A stretch of 64,000 bases of DNA, taken from NCBI GenBank assembly GCA_964539785.1, contig CAZIJQ010000001.1:118-64117 (forward strand). The letters run 5' to 3'. This stretch comes from an uncultured bacterium. Its GTDB lineage: Bacteria > Fidelibacterota > Marinisomatia > Marinisomatales > TCS56. This document shows, in pieces, positions 47,721 through 55,498 of this stretch (positions are counted from its first letter, which is position 1; each line of letters starts with the position of its first letter). A model generated the notes under the pieces. The model was not told the DNA's origin, searched no databases, and worked only from the letters and a program-made list of their open reading frames with translations. Position numbers and translations under genes: made by a program.

Positions 47721-48908
47721 CTAAATTATTATTTGATTAATAAAGGCAGCAACGGCAATCACTCCGCATGCACCACGAATAAAGGTCCGACGTTTAAGAT
47801 AATTTTGTTTTTCAGACAGAATTTTTTCAATTTCATTCCAATTCATGTCCAAGGTTATCTCGTCGCCAGCCTGGACAAATACTTTTTTTGTCCCCGTTTC
47901 GATTGCTTTAATATCAAAAGCTAAGGTTTTTGCAGTAGAGCTAGACATCATAACGGAAATTATTCCCCAATTAGCGGCATTTTTCTGAACTTCCACCTCA
48001 TATAGACGATTTGTTTTCAGGCGATATTCAGGTGAATAGAAGCTGATTTCATGGGTGCCTGGAAACAATTGAATCGGCTCAGTCATGGGAGTTTTACTGG
48101 CCAGGCCTCCATTGATGTAGATTTCCAAGTTAGACTGATCGCAATTGATAGTCATTTGACCCAACACAGGACTATTATTTGTACCAGCTACAGGGACTAA
48201 ATTGGCTTCTACAATATTGGTTTCATTTTGATTTATCAAGATGGACTGTACCCAGTTACTGTATCCGGCCTGGGACACACGGACGCCCATTTTTTCCAAG
48301 GCGGTGTTTATTTTAAGGGGAGTATTACCGGAAAAAATTTCGTCAAGATATACTTTTGCTCCGGCCGGGTTACTGGTAACATACAGAACAGTTTCTTTTT
48401 CATTAGCTAAGCTGCCAGTAGTGACACGGGTGGTTAATTCCCTAATGAGCCGTGGAAGCTCTTCCAATTTGCCGACATAGTCAATCGATTCCAATACCTC
48501 GATTTCTCCTGTGGTAATATCGGTAATCTGTAAGTCGACGATGAACAGCTCACCGAGTTTACTGATACTGCCGGACAGGATTTTCTGAACGCCCAAGAGG
48601 CGTCCTACTTCAACGACGCATTCCGTGGTGGTACACCCGCTCTGCTGCAGACCCTGTTCTGACAGGATGTCATCCATCAGGTTGCGCTCGACCACGCGGA
48701 ACAGTTTGGATTTGATTAATTCCTTGCGCACCACATTGGCCAGGGTCTGGACTGCAGGGGCTTCGACACCGGCGGCTTCAAATTCAAGGACAGCGATAGT
48801 GAGGGCTGGTTGTTGTGCGGATGAAATTGATAATAGTAATAATGGCAACCACAGCAGCAGTCTTAATTTGGTTCCGAGGTGGTTTGTATTTGGTCGATTG
48901 TCAGACAT
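47721..48908 (-). CDS. PEGA domain-containing periplasmic/lipoprotein-like protein with a CsgG/LpoB-like N-terminal module
   Basis: Signal peptide. IAVLEFEAAG..LSEQGLQQSGC. PEGA-like VLYVTSNPAGAKVYLDEIFSGNTPLKI. Confidence 0.55.
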   Translation of the reverse strand: MSDNRPNTNHLGTKLRLLLWLPLLLLSISSAQQPALTIAVLEFEAAGVEAPAVQTLANVVRKELIKSKLFRVVERNLMDDILSEQGLQQSGCTTTECVVEVGRLLGVQKILSGSISKLGELFIVDLQITDITTGEIEVLESIDYVGKLEELPRLIRELTTRVTTGSLANEKETVLYVTSNPAGAKVYLDEIFSGNTPLKINTALEKMGVRVSQAGYSNWVQSILINQNETNIVEANLVPVAGTNNSPVLGQMTINCDQSNLEIYINGGLASKTPMTEPIQLFPGTHEISFYSPEYRLKTNRLYEVEVQKNAANWGIISVMMSSSTAKTLAFDIKAIETGTKKVFVQAGDEITLDMNWNEIEKILSEKQNYLKRRTFIRGACGVIAVAAFINQIII

Positions 48909-48961
48909 CTTTATACTAGTTTAAACGAGTATGTGCCAATTTTAGAGGCCATATTAGGGCT

Positions 48962-51900
48962 TTATTTCAACACCATTAGTTTTCGGGTTATCGTTTGATC
49001 ACCGGCTTGCAAACGATAAAAATATATTCCGCTGGCAACAGCGGTAGCAGCCCAGTTGACTTCCCAGACCCCCGGCCCCCGAATATCATCCGTTAAAACG
49101 GCCACTTCCCGGCCCATTACATCATAGATGGTCAATCGCACACCGGTTCGTCCCGGCAGCTCATAACGGATAGTCGTTACCGGATTGAAAGGATTGGGGT
49201 AGTTCTGGTGCAGGGTGAGCGATTGCGGTAACAGGCCCTGGCCTGCATCAATTTCTACAAATGCTGATTCTATGGCACCCATATCGGGATTATAGCTATA
49301 ATAATTTTCCGGCGGCAAATTTATGAGGGTGTCGAGGTACCAAGCATAGAAAGCTGTCCCGGCATCTATGCAGGGTGAAATGTCTTGTAGCTGATAATTG
49401 GAAGCGCCGGGATTGAAGAAATAGGGGTTCGCCATAATATTGCCATCTAATTCAATGACGCTGTTGTTATTGGATTGAATAGCACCTGCACCACCCATAA
49501 TATCATTATAAGCTAGAATCAAGACACTGGTTGGCAAAGTTTCTGAGAATCTGATTTCCTGGGGACCATCATGCCATAAAATAGAATTAACTACTGTCAG
49601 ATTTGATGAAACGACATAAATACCACCACCATTTTCCGTGGCTGAATTTTCACTGATGGTAACATTCTGCAAGCGCAGATCAGAATCGAGACAATAAATA
49701 CCACCACCCGCATTATTAGAATTACGAGCCCTGTTCTCGACAATCAGCGTGTTTGACAGGGTGGAGTTGGTGGACTGGAAGTATAACCCGCCCCCCATAC
49801 GACCCTGATTGCCCCGCAGTGTCAGATTGTTGATTGTTACATCCGAATATAATGCTGCCAGCCCACCACCGTAATTGGTCGCCTGACAATCAGTAATCGT
49901 GATATTAGATAATACCGGATTGGAGTAATTGCTGGAAATACCACCACCCTGCGAGGCCAACCCACCGGTGATGGTCAGGTTCTCGATGGTATTATCAACT
50001 GAAATATCGCATATCAGGGCTGATCCCTGTTGTTCCGGGTCTAAGATCACACCAGGTTCGGACTCACCTGTCAGGCTAATATAACTGTTAAGATGAATGG
50101 GGAATTGCTCACCGGTAGCAGAAGGGCTGTAATAACCATCGGCCAGGAAAATTTTATGCGGTGATTGATAGCCGGCCAGTAATTTGGCAATTGCAAACGA
50201 AATTGTCCGGAGTGGCTCATCCGGGGTGAGACCGCTGCTGGTATTAGCGCCCTGTGGGCTTACATAAAGATCAGCCTGGACCTGGTACACAATCGCGTTG
50301 AGAATATTAAAATTAAATTGATTGCTTGGGTAGGCGTGGTAATTAGCCGGCAGCAGGACGGTAAATGTATCAACAATTACCGCAATGGGAAAAAAGTTGG
50401 TGCTAGCCACATCATTGCCCAATGAGCCAGAAAGATTACTGTGAATATTGCAGCGGTTAGTATAATCCATAACCGGGTTGGCATAAAAGGCACAGTACAT
50501 TCCACCACCCTGATGGACAGCGTTGTTTTCGACAATGGATACATTTGCTAACTGCGGATTGGAAAAAGTAGTCATGAAAAGTCCGCCGCCATTACCACTG
50601 GCATAATTATCACGGATTGATATATTAGTAAGAACCGGGCTTGATTCGGTACAGTAAATACCACCGCCATCTACTGCCTGATTGCCAGTTATTGACAGAT
50701 TTGTGAATTCCGGGTCAGACTGGTTACAATAAATACCGCCGCCGTATTCAGCGGCACCGTTGATAATTGTACAATTGGATAATGAATTTCCCCGGCTCTG
50801 ATTAAATACAAATGAGCTCGTCTGATTTTCACCATCGATGATAACCCCACCAGTAGTTTCACCAGCTAGCCCGATATAATCGTCTAGTTCGATTGGGAAG
50901 TATTCGCCGGTAATAGCCCTGCTGTAAATCCCGTTGGCTAAGTGAATTATCTGAGGATTAGCACTATCTGCCAGCATAATGGACTGGGCAAACAAAATTG
51001 TTTTAAGCGGCTCAGCGGCAGATATTCCACTGTTAGCATTATTTCCATCGGGGCTGATATACAAATCGTCCTGTACTTGCTGTACTTTGCCGTTAAGAAT
51101 ATCAAAACTGAATAGATCGTGAGGTATAACATGGTAAAGTCCGGGATCTACAACGGTAAATGTATCCAAAATAACCGGGAAGATGGATGAATTGTCAACT
51201 GTGATATCGTTGCCAATCGGAAGAGAAGTATTAAAGTAAATACTCGAGCGGTTATTATTATTGAGGTAAAGGGAAGAGTTGTTGTTACAGCAGATACCAC
51301 CACCCCGGTTGCCGGCCGAATTATCGGACACGATTGTACCGGAAAGACCCGCATGGGAATAATCAGTACAATAAATACCACCACCATTATTAACGGCCGA
51401 ATTGCCATTAATAGTGGTATTAATAAAATGTGGCTGAGAAATGCTGACGATATAAACCCCACCGCCATCGTTTTGAGCGCTATTGTTTAATATCTCAAAC
51501 TGATCAAGGGTGGGGTCGGATTGAAAACAAAACAACCCACCGCCATTATTAGCCTGGTTATTGATTAGGCTGGTTCCGGTCATTTGAACCGCGGAATTGG
51601 CAATCAGCAACCCACCCCCGCCGTGACCGGCCTGATTATCAGCTATCATCAATTCCTGAGATTGAAATTGCGACCATGCGCAAAAAATTCCACCGCCCAT
51701 GTTTAAGGCATTGTTTAATACAACCGCTAAATCCGATAATGCTGGAGAAGAATGGAATAACATCATTCCCCCACCAACCGCAGCGTTGTTTCCGGATATT
51801 GATACATTCTCAATTATGGGATCCGAGAAACGGCAGGCAATACCCCCTCCCTGCGCCCCCACATTGCCAGTAATATTCAAATACGCTAGGCGGGGACTGG

Positions 51901-52330
51901 AAGCTGTATCACAGATTATGCCCCCGGCCGAGAATCCGGGATAGGCAATCTGACCGAGACCATTTGTGATGGTAAGACCAACCAGAGCAGCGGTTGTGTC
52001 TTCGCCACTGTTAAATGTGACTGTAGTACCATTGCTGTTCCCGTCAAGGATTGTCTGACTGATATAAGTGGTGTCGCCGGTAGTGAGAAAGAGGCTGCCC
52101 ACCACAATATTATTTCCATTAAAATTTAGATTTTCCTGATATACCCCGGGATGCATTAATATAGTATCTCCGGGAGTGGCGGCGTCAATCCAATTTTGAA
52201 TTAAGCTACCATCTGCCGGTATGTTGATTATGGCGGCCGGGAGCCGAAAAATGGATAACAGCAACAAGACAAAATAGAAATATTGTCTATTTGAGCAATA
52301 GAATCTTTCTGGTCTGAGTGAACTTTGCAT
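48962..52330 (-). CDS. right-handed parallel beta-helix repeat protein with a T9SS C-terminal sorting domain
   Basis: Dozens of GGG(I/L/M)(Y/F)C.. beta-helix rungs. An internal duplicated module. C-terminal NYPNPFNPVTTIRYELP..GIYFYRLQAGDQTITRKLMVLK. Confidence 0.8.
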   Translation of the reverse strand: MQSSLRPERFYCSNRQYFYFVLLLLSIFRLPAAIINIPADGSLIQNWIDAATPGDTILMHPGVYQENLNFNGNNIVVGSLFLTTGDTTYISQTILDGNSNGTTVTFNSGEDTTAALVGLTITNGLGQIAYPGFSAGGIICDTASSPRLAYLNITGNVGAQGGGIACRFSDPIIENVSISGNNAAVGGGMMLFHSSPALSDLAVVLNNALNMGGGIFCAWSQFQSQELMIADNQAGHGGGGLLIANSAVQMTGTSLINNQANNGGGLFCFQSDPTLDQFEILNNSAQNDGGGVYIVSISQPHFINTTINGNSAVNNGGGIYCTDYSHAGLSGTIVSDNSAGNRGGGICCNNNSSLYLNNNNRSSIYFNTSLPIGNDITVDNSSIFPVILDTFTVVDPGLYHVIPHDLFSFDILNGKVQQVQDDLYISPDGNNANSGISAAEPLKTILFAQSIMLADSANPQIIHLANGIYSRAITGEYFPIELDDYIGLAGETTGGVIIDGENQTSSFVFNQSRGNSLSNCTIINGAAEYGGGIYCNQSDPEFTNLSITGNQAVDGGGIYCTESSPVLTNISIRDNYASGNGGGLFMTTFSNPQLANVSIVENNAVHQGGGMYCAFYANPVMDYTNRCNIHSNLSGSLGNDVASTNFFPIAVIVDTFTVLLPANYHAYPSNQFNFNILNAIVYQVQADLYVSPQGANTSSGLTPDEPLRTISFAIAKLLAGYQSPHKIFLADGYYSPSATGEQFPIHLNSYISLTGESEPGVILDPEQQGSALICDISVDNTIENLTITGGLASQGGGISSNYSNPVLSNITITDCQATNYGGGLAALYSDVTINNLTLRGNQGRMGGGLYFQSTNSTLSNTLIVENRARNSNNAGGGIYCLDSDLRLQNVTISENSATENGGGIYVVSSNLTVVNSILWHDGPQEIRFSETLPTSVLILAYNDIMGGAGAIQSNNNSVIELDGNIMANPYFFNPGASNYQLQDISPCIDAGTAFYAWYLDTLINLPPENYYSYNPDMGAIESAFVEIDAGQGLLPQSLTLHQNYPNPFNPVTTIRYELPGRTGVRLTIYDVMGREVAVLTDDIRGPGVWEVNWAATAVASGIYFYRLQAGDQTITRKLMVLK

Positions 52331-52424
52331 GGCTTAATCGGACAAAATATATTCCACTTGATAGATGCGATGCATCCCATTTTATTTTATGTTGTCCGGC
52401 AGCAGCAGGCTGATTTAGTCTCCA
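52287..52424 (-). pseudogene. orphan remnant of a T9SS C-terminal sorting domain (last ~45 codons only)
   Basis: Hand translation gives WRLNQPAAAGQHKIKWDASHLSSGIYFVRLSHAKFTQTRKILLLK*. No start codon, and a TAA lies immediately upstream. Overlaps the 5' end of the beta-helix gene in another frame. Confidence 0.6.
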
Positions 52425-52529
52425 TTATTTAATTTATATTTATACACAGCTGATCCATCGCTAATAAAAAAATCAGAAGAAAAACACAAATTTTAACGGT
52501 TGTTCGTTGATTAATTGACGTTACAATGA

Positions 52530-53708
52530 TCACTTCAACACCACCAGTTTTCGGGTAATCGCTTGACCTCCGGTTTGCAGGCGATAAAAATAAATCCCGC
52601 TGGCGGTATTTGTAGCATCCCATTTCACTGATTTGAATCCAGCATCCTGAGTTTCTGATACCAGCGTGGTTATCTCCCTACCCAGCAGGTCAAAGATCGT
52701 AATCTGGACATCTGATCGCTGGGGTAGTTCATAGTTGATCGTGGTCGTTGGGTTGAATGGATTGGGGTGATTTTGATGTATCTGTACAGCGGTAGGCAGT
52801 GAAAATTCTGATTCCACATCAACAGCTGTATATTCAATAGCTAGTTCAAAATTGAAAACCCAATGGCGAATGTGCCAGCCAGCACTGCCAGAGGGACCCC
52901 CACAAACGCCATAGAATTTCAAACCCACCCAGGGATCGTTCAATCCCAACGAATCTGCATCGGCATACCAGAAAGCAGGTGAATCATCACCTGTTCCAGC
53001 ACCAGAGAAAAAAACCAGAATACCTATCCATGTACCTTGTACTACAATTGGTTCGGTGCCATAATCTGCAGTGGCGATCCAGTTATCAAGGATTTCGGTG
53101 TCATCAGCCGGATTATTACTAGGATTAAGCGTTGGGGCAATGAAACCATCGGGCCAGATCAGCCCCTGTAAAGGTAAAACCGTGTATCCAGGGCTATCTA
53201 CCGGCTCACCTAAGGGATCGACAGCATAATCAGCAACAGACGATACACCAATGGAACATTCAGGGGCTGTTCCTGGTGGAGTGTAAACGTATCCATCAAA
53301 GAACATAGCTCCTGATTCAGGTATCATATCGTAACCACCAATCCATCCCTGCCCATCAACTGTGGTCTGTGGATAGCGAATCGGATCTTCATTAGCATCA
53401 AGGCCATGAGGATAGGCCAATTCATAAAGCCCGACTGTCAGCTCCGGATCACCAGTACTCCATAGAGCTATCGGGACATTTACACCCTTGATAATACCGT
53501 CAGCAGGCATTTGGAATGCAACGATCATTGCATCACCAGGATTTTGAATGAAAGCCGAATTCCAAGTGTTTGAATGTGACAAGGTATCGGCCACATCACG
53601 ATGATTGAAGGCCTTTATTCTTGTAACCTGGTTACCTGACCGGATATCAGGATCGATTACCTGGGCTGACGAAAAGGATAATACCAGTAGTGTTATTAAC
53701 CGTTTCAC
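52530..53708 (-). CDS. secreted protein of unknown function with a T9SS C-terminal sorting domain
   Basis: Signal peptide. C-terminal NHPNPFNPTTTINYELPQRSDVQITIFDLLGRE..GIYFYRLQTGGQAITRKLVVLK. Paralogous to 55498..57877. Confidence 0.75.
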   Translation of the reverse strand: MKRLITLLVLSFSSAQVIDPDIRSGNQVTRIKAFNHRDVADTLSHSNTWNSAFIQNPGDAMIVAFQMPADGIIKGVNVPIALWSTGDPELTVGLYELAYPHGLDANEDPIRYPQTTVDGQGWIGGYDMIPESGAMFFDGYVYTPPGTAPECSIGVSSVADYAVDPLGEPVDSPGYTVLPLQGLIWPDGFIAPTLNPSNNPADDTEILDNWIATADYGTEPIVVQGTWIGILVFFSGAGTGDDSPAFWYADADSLGLNDPWVGLKFYGVCGGPSGSAGWHIRHWVFNFELAIEYTAVDVESEFSLPTAVQIHQNHPNPFNPTTTINYELPQRSDVQITIFDLLGREITTLVSETQDAGFKSVKWDATNTASGIYFYRLQTGGQAITRKLVVLK

Positions 53709-53716
53709 TTTCTATT

Positions 53717-53735
53717 AGGAAGTATTTCCGGTTAG
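53717..53735. repeat. terminal inverted repeat (left) of the IS-like element
   Basis: AGGAAGTATTTCCGGTTAG, with TATT immediately outside at 53713-53716. Confidence 0.55.
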
Positions 53736-53768
53736 TTTTTTTCAAGTTAAGGAAGCTAGTTTTCATTT

Positions 53769-54590
53769 CTAAAGTTCTGCTTCTTTCTGTTTAGATTTTA
53801 AGGCAGGATGGTACTGGTATACAAGCTTGCAATACTGGATAATGGTATTCTTGGATTTACCAGATATCCGTACCATCTCCATGAGATTAAAACCCTTTTC
53901 CCTCATCATCTTTACATTCTTGTACGTTCTCAAGTACCGTCCCACCGATTCAATGGTATGGTTGGTAAGACGTGCTATATCCGGATCTGGATAGCCTTGC
54001 TCATGCAGGTTCACGATCGGTGCCTTATGTGTAGGTCGGCTGCCCTGATCAAGGATAAGCCCTTTTGTTGGCAGGATGTCATCGTGCGTCTCATGATAAA
54101 CTTTAAGGTAACATCCAATGGCATGCAAGCTCCGGTTCATCAACACCGCCAGCTCAGCACCCGTGAGTAAACCACCCTGCTTATAGGCGCTCTTGACCAG
54201 CCGGGACATTGTGGCCACATCACGCTCCGTTTGTTTTTTGTAATTACCAATTTTCTTCCCTCTATGATAGTGAATTTGCATCCGACAATCAACATCTTCA
54301 GGCGTGACCAGGGGCAGGATCACTGTTTTAACTTGTTGGTCCTCAATCTTTGTACCATAACTGGGTTTTTTCTCTGTGGCAGCTGTGGTCTGCCACACGA
54401 TGCTACCACAGCCTACTTGGCTGGTGTCCGGGTAATATTCCTTGTGCAACGCAACGATGTCATCGGCCATCATCTGTATGACCTTGTGGCTGCCCACCAA
54501 CTTGTAGTTGTGCTCAATCAGGTGGATGACACTATTGCGGAAACTGCGCTTCGGGATGGACGCAAAGCGACTCTTATACTCTGCTTTCAT
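53769..54590 (-). CDS. multi-HTH protein, DUF1670-like (orfB of the element)
   Basis: 273 aa. C-terminal ~170 aa are paralogous to orfA (QGGLLTGAELAVLMNRS, PTKG..D.G..PTHK, ARLTNHTIESVGRYL, ISGKSKNTIIQY). The ATGA overlaps orfA. Confidence 0.6.
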   Translation of the reverse strand: MKAEYKSRFASIPKRSFRNSVIHLIEHNYKLVGSHKVIQMMADDIVALHKEYYPDTSQVGCGSIVWQTTAATEKKPSYGTKIEDQQVKTVILPLVTPEDVDCRMQIHYHRGKKIGNYKKQTERDVATMSRLVKSAYKQGGLLTGAELAVLMNRSLHAIGCYLKVYHETHDDILPTKGLILDQGSRPTHKAPIVNLHEQGYPDPDIARLTNHTIESVGRYLRTYKNVKMMREKGFNLMEMVRISGKSKNTIIQYCKLVYQYHPALKSKQKEAEL

Positions 54591-55399
54591 GGCTGCACCA
54601 ACTTCTTTTTTTTAGCTGGATACAGCACTTGTAACTGATCCATCAGTTCAATGTAGACCGTGGGCCAGTGATCCCCCAGCTTGTATTTATTGAACAGTAC
54701 CAGATACTCTTTGGTCAAACGCTCACTGCAGCCCAGCAAGTGGCTGATCTCAGATAATTTGAGCCCCTTGTTCAACATGATTAACAGTCTGCCAAAGGTA
54801 CTAACATAACGCTTGATAGCATGTGCGCTGTGGCGGGTCTTCTGCATGATCTCATGGTAGGTCATACCAGACAGGTATAAGTCAATGATATGGGTCTTGT
54901 GACTCACCCCCGGACCAATGTCCTGATCGTTTCCCCGGGTATGAATAGTGTTGCCATCACGCTGTAAAATCTGCATGTCCTTGCGTATCGTGCGGCTGGA
55001 TACCTGCAACATTCTCCCCAAATCCTCCTGGGTTAAAAGTCCTCCCTGAAGATATGCTTCCTCGGTCAATCGTAGGATCTTCAACTGCCGTAGGGCCTCA
55101 GAACCCTGATCCCGTAATACGTTCAGATCATCTACACCATTATCCAAGTTCAGCTCAACCTCCAATAAATCCTGTTCCTTCAAAGGCTTGCCATGCCGGG
55201 CTTTTTGAGAGGCACAAATGAATCGGATTAGGCCTACATTGGAGGGCGCTTCTCCAAACAAACAGCGCTGTGCTAAATCCAGAACTCCCTGGCTCTCTGC
55301 TGGGGATAACTCAAACTCTTTCCGCAAACTGTTGATGAACACCTGCTCGTGGGTCTTCTCCATACTACGGTCATAGGAACTCTTGTAAGTGTGATACAT
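54587..55399 (-). CDS. multi-HTH protein, DUF1670-like (orfA of the element)
   Basis: 270 aa. QGGLLTQEDLGRMLQVSSRTIRKD, HTRG..D.G..VSHK, MQKTRHSAHAIKRYV, LLGCSERLTKEYL. GGAGG Shine-Dalgarno 7 nt upstream. Confidence 0.6.
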   Translation of the reverse strand: MYHTYKSSYDRSMEKTHEQVFINSLRKEFELSPAESQGVLDLAQRCLFGEAPSNVGLIRFICASQKARHGKPLKEQDLLEVELNLDNGVDDLNVLRDQGSEALRQLKILRLTEEAYLQGGLLTQEDLGRMLQVSSRTIRKDMQILQRDGNTIHTRGNDQDIGPGVSHKTHIIDLYLSGMTYHEIMQKTRHSAHAIKRYVSTFGRLLIMLNKGLKLSEISHLLGCSERLTKEYLVLFNKYKLGDHWPTVYIELMDQLQVLYPAKKKKLVQP

Positions 55400-55480
55400 C
55401 GATACCTCCGGTCTAAAGTAAATTGGCTTCCGGTTGCCTAACTAAATTTAGACACCCGAAAGCCACTACTTTGGGTATAC

Positions 55481-55498
55481 CTACCGGAAGTACTTCCT
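55481..55498. repeat. terminal inverted repeat (right) of the IS-like element
   Basis: CTACCGGAAGTACTTCCT; its reverse complement is AGGAAGTACTTCCGGTAG. TATT lies immediately outside at 55499-55502. Confidence 0.55.

Larger units (their letters stand above)
53717..55498 (-). mobile_element. candidate IS-like element carrying two paralogous HTH proteins
   Basis: 18-19 bp imperfect inverted repeats at both ends and a flanking 4-bp TATT direct repeat. Excision restores a tight gene junction between paralogous cargo genes. Confidence 0.5.

Noticed and set aside
52429-52623. A 64-aa minus-strand ORF overlapping the end of the cargo gene.
   Set aside because: It is out of frame with the sorting domain of 52530..53708 and extends into AT-rich spacer. 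It has no support.
55485-55496. The GGAAGTACTTCC palindrome after the cargo gene stop as a simple terminator hairpin.
   Set aside because: It allows at most a 4-bp stem with a 4-nt loop and has no U-tract. An almost identical sequence in inverted orientation at 53717-53735 fits terminal repeats better.
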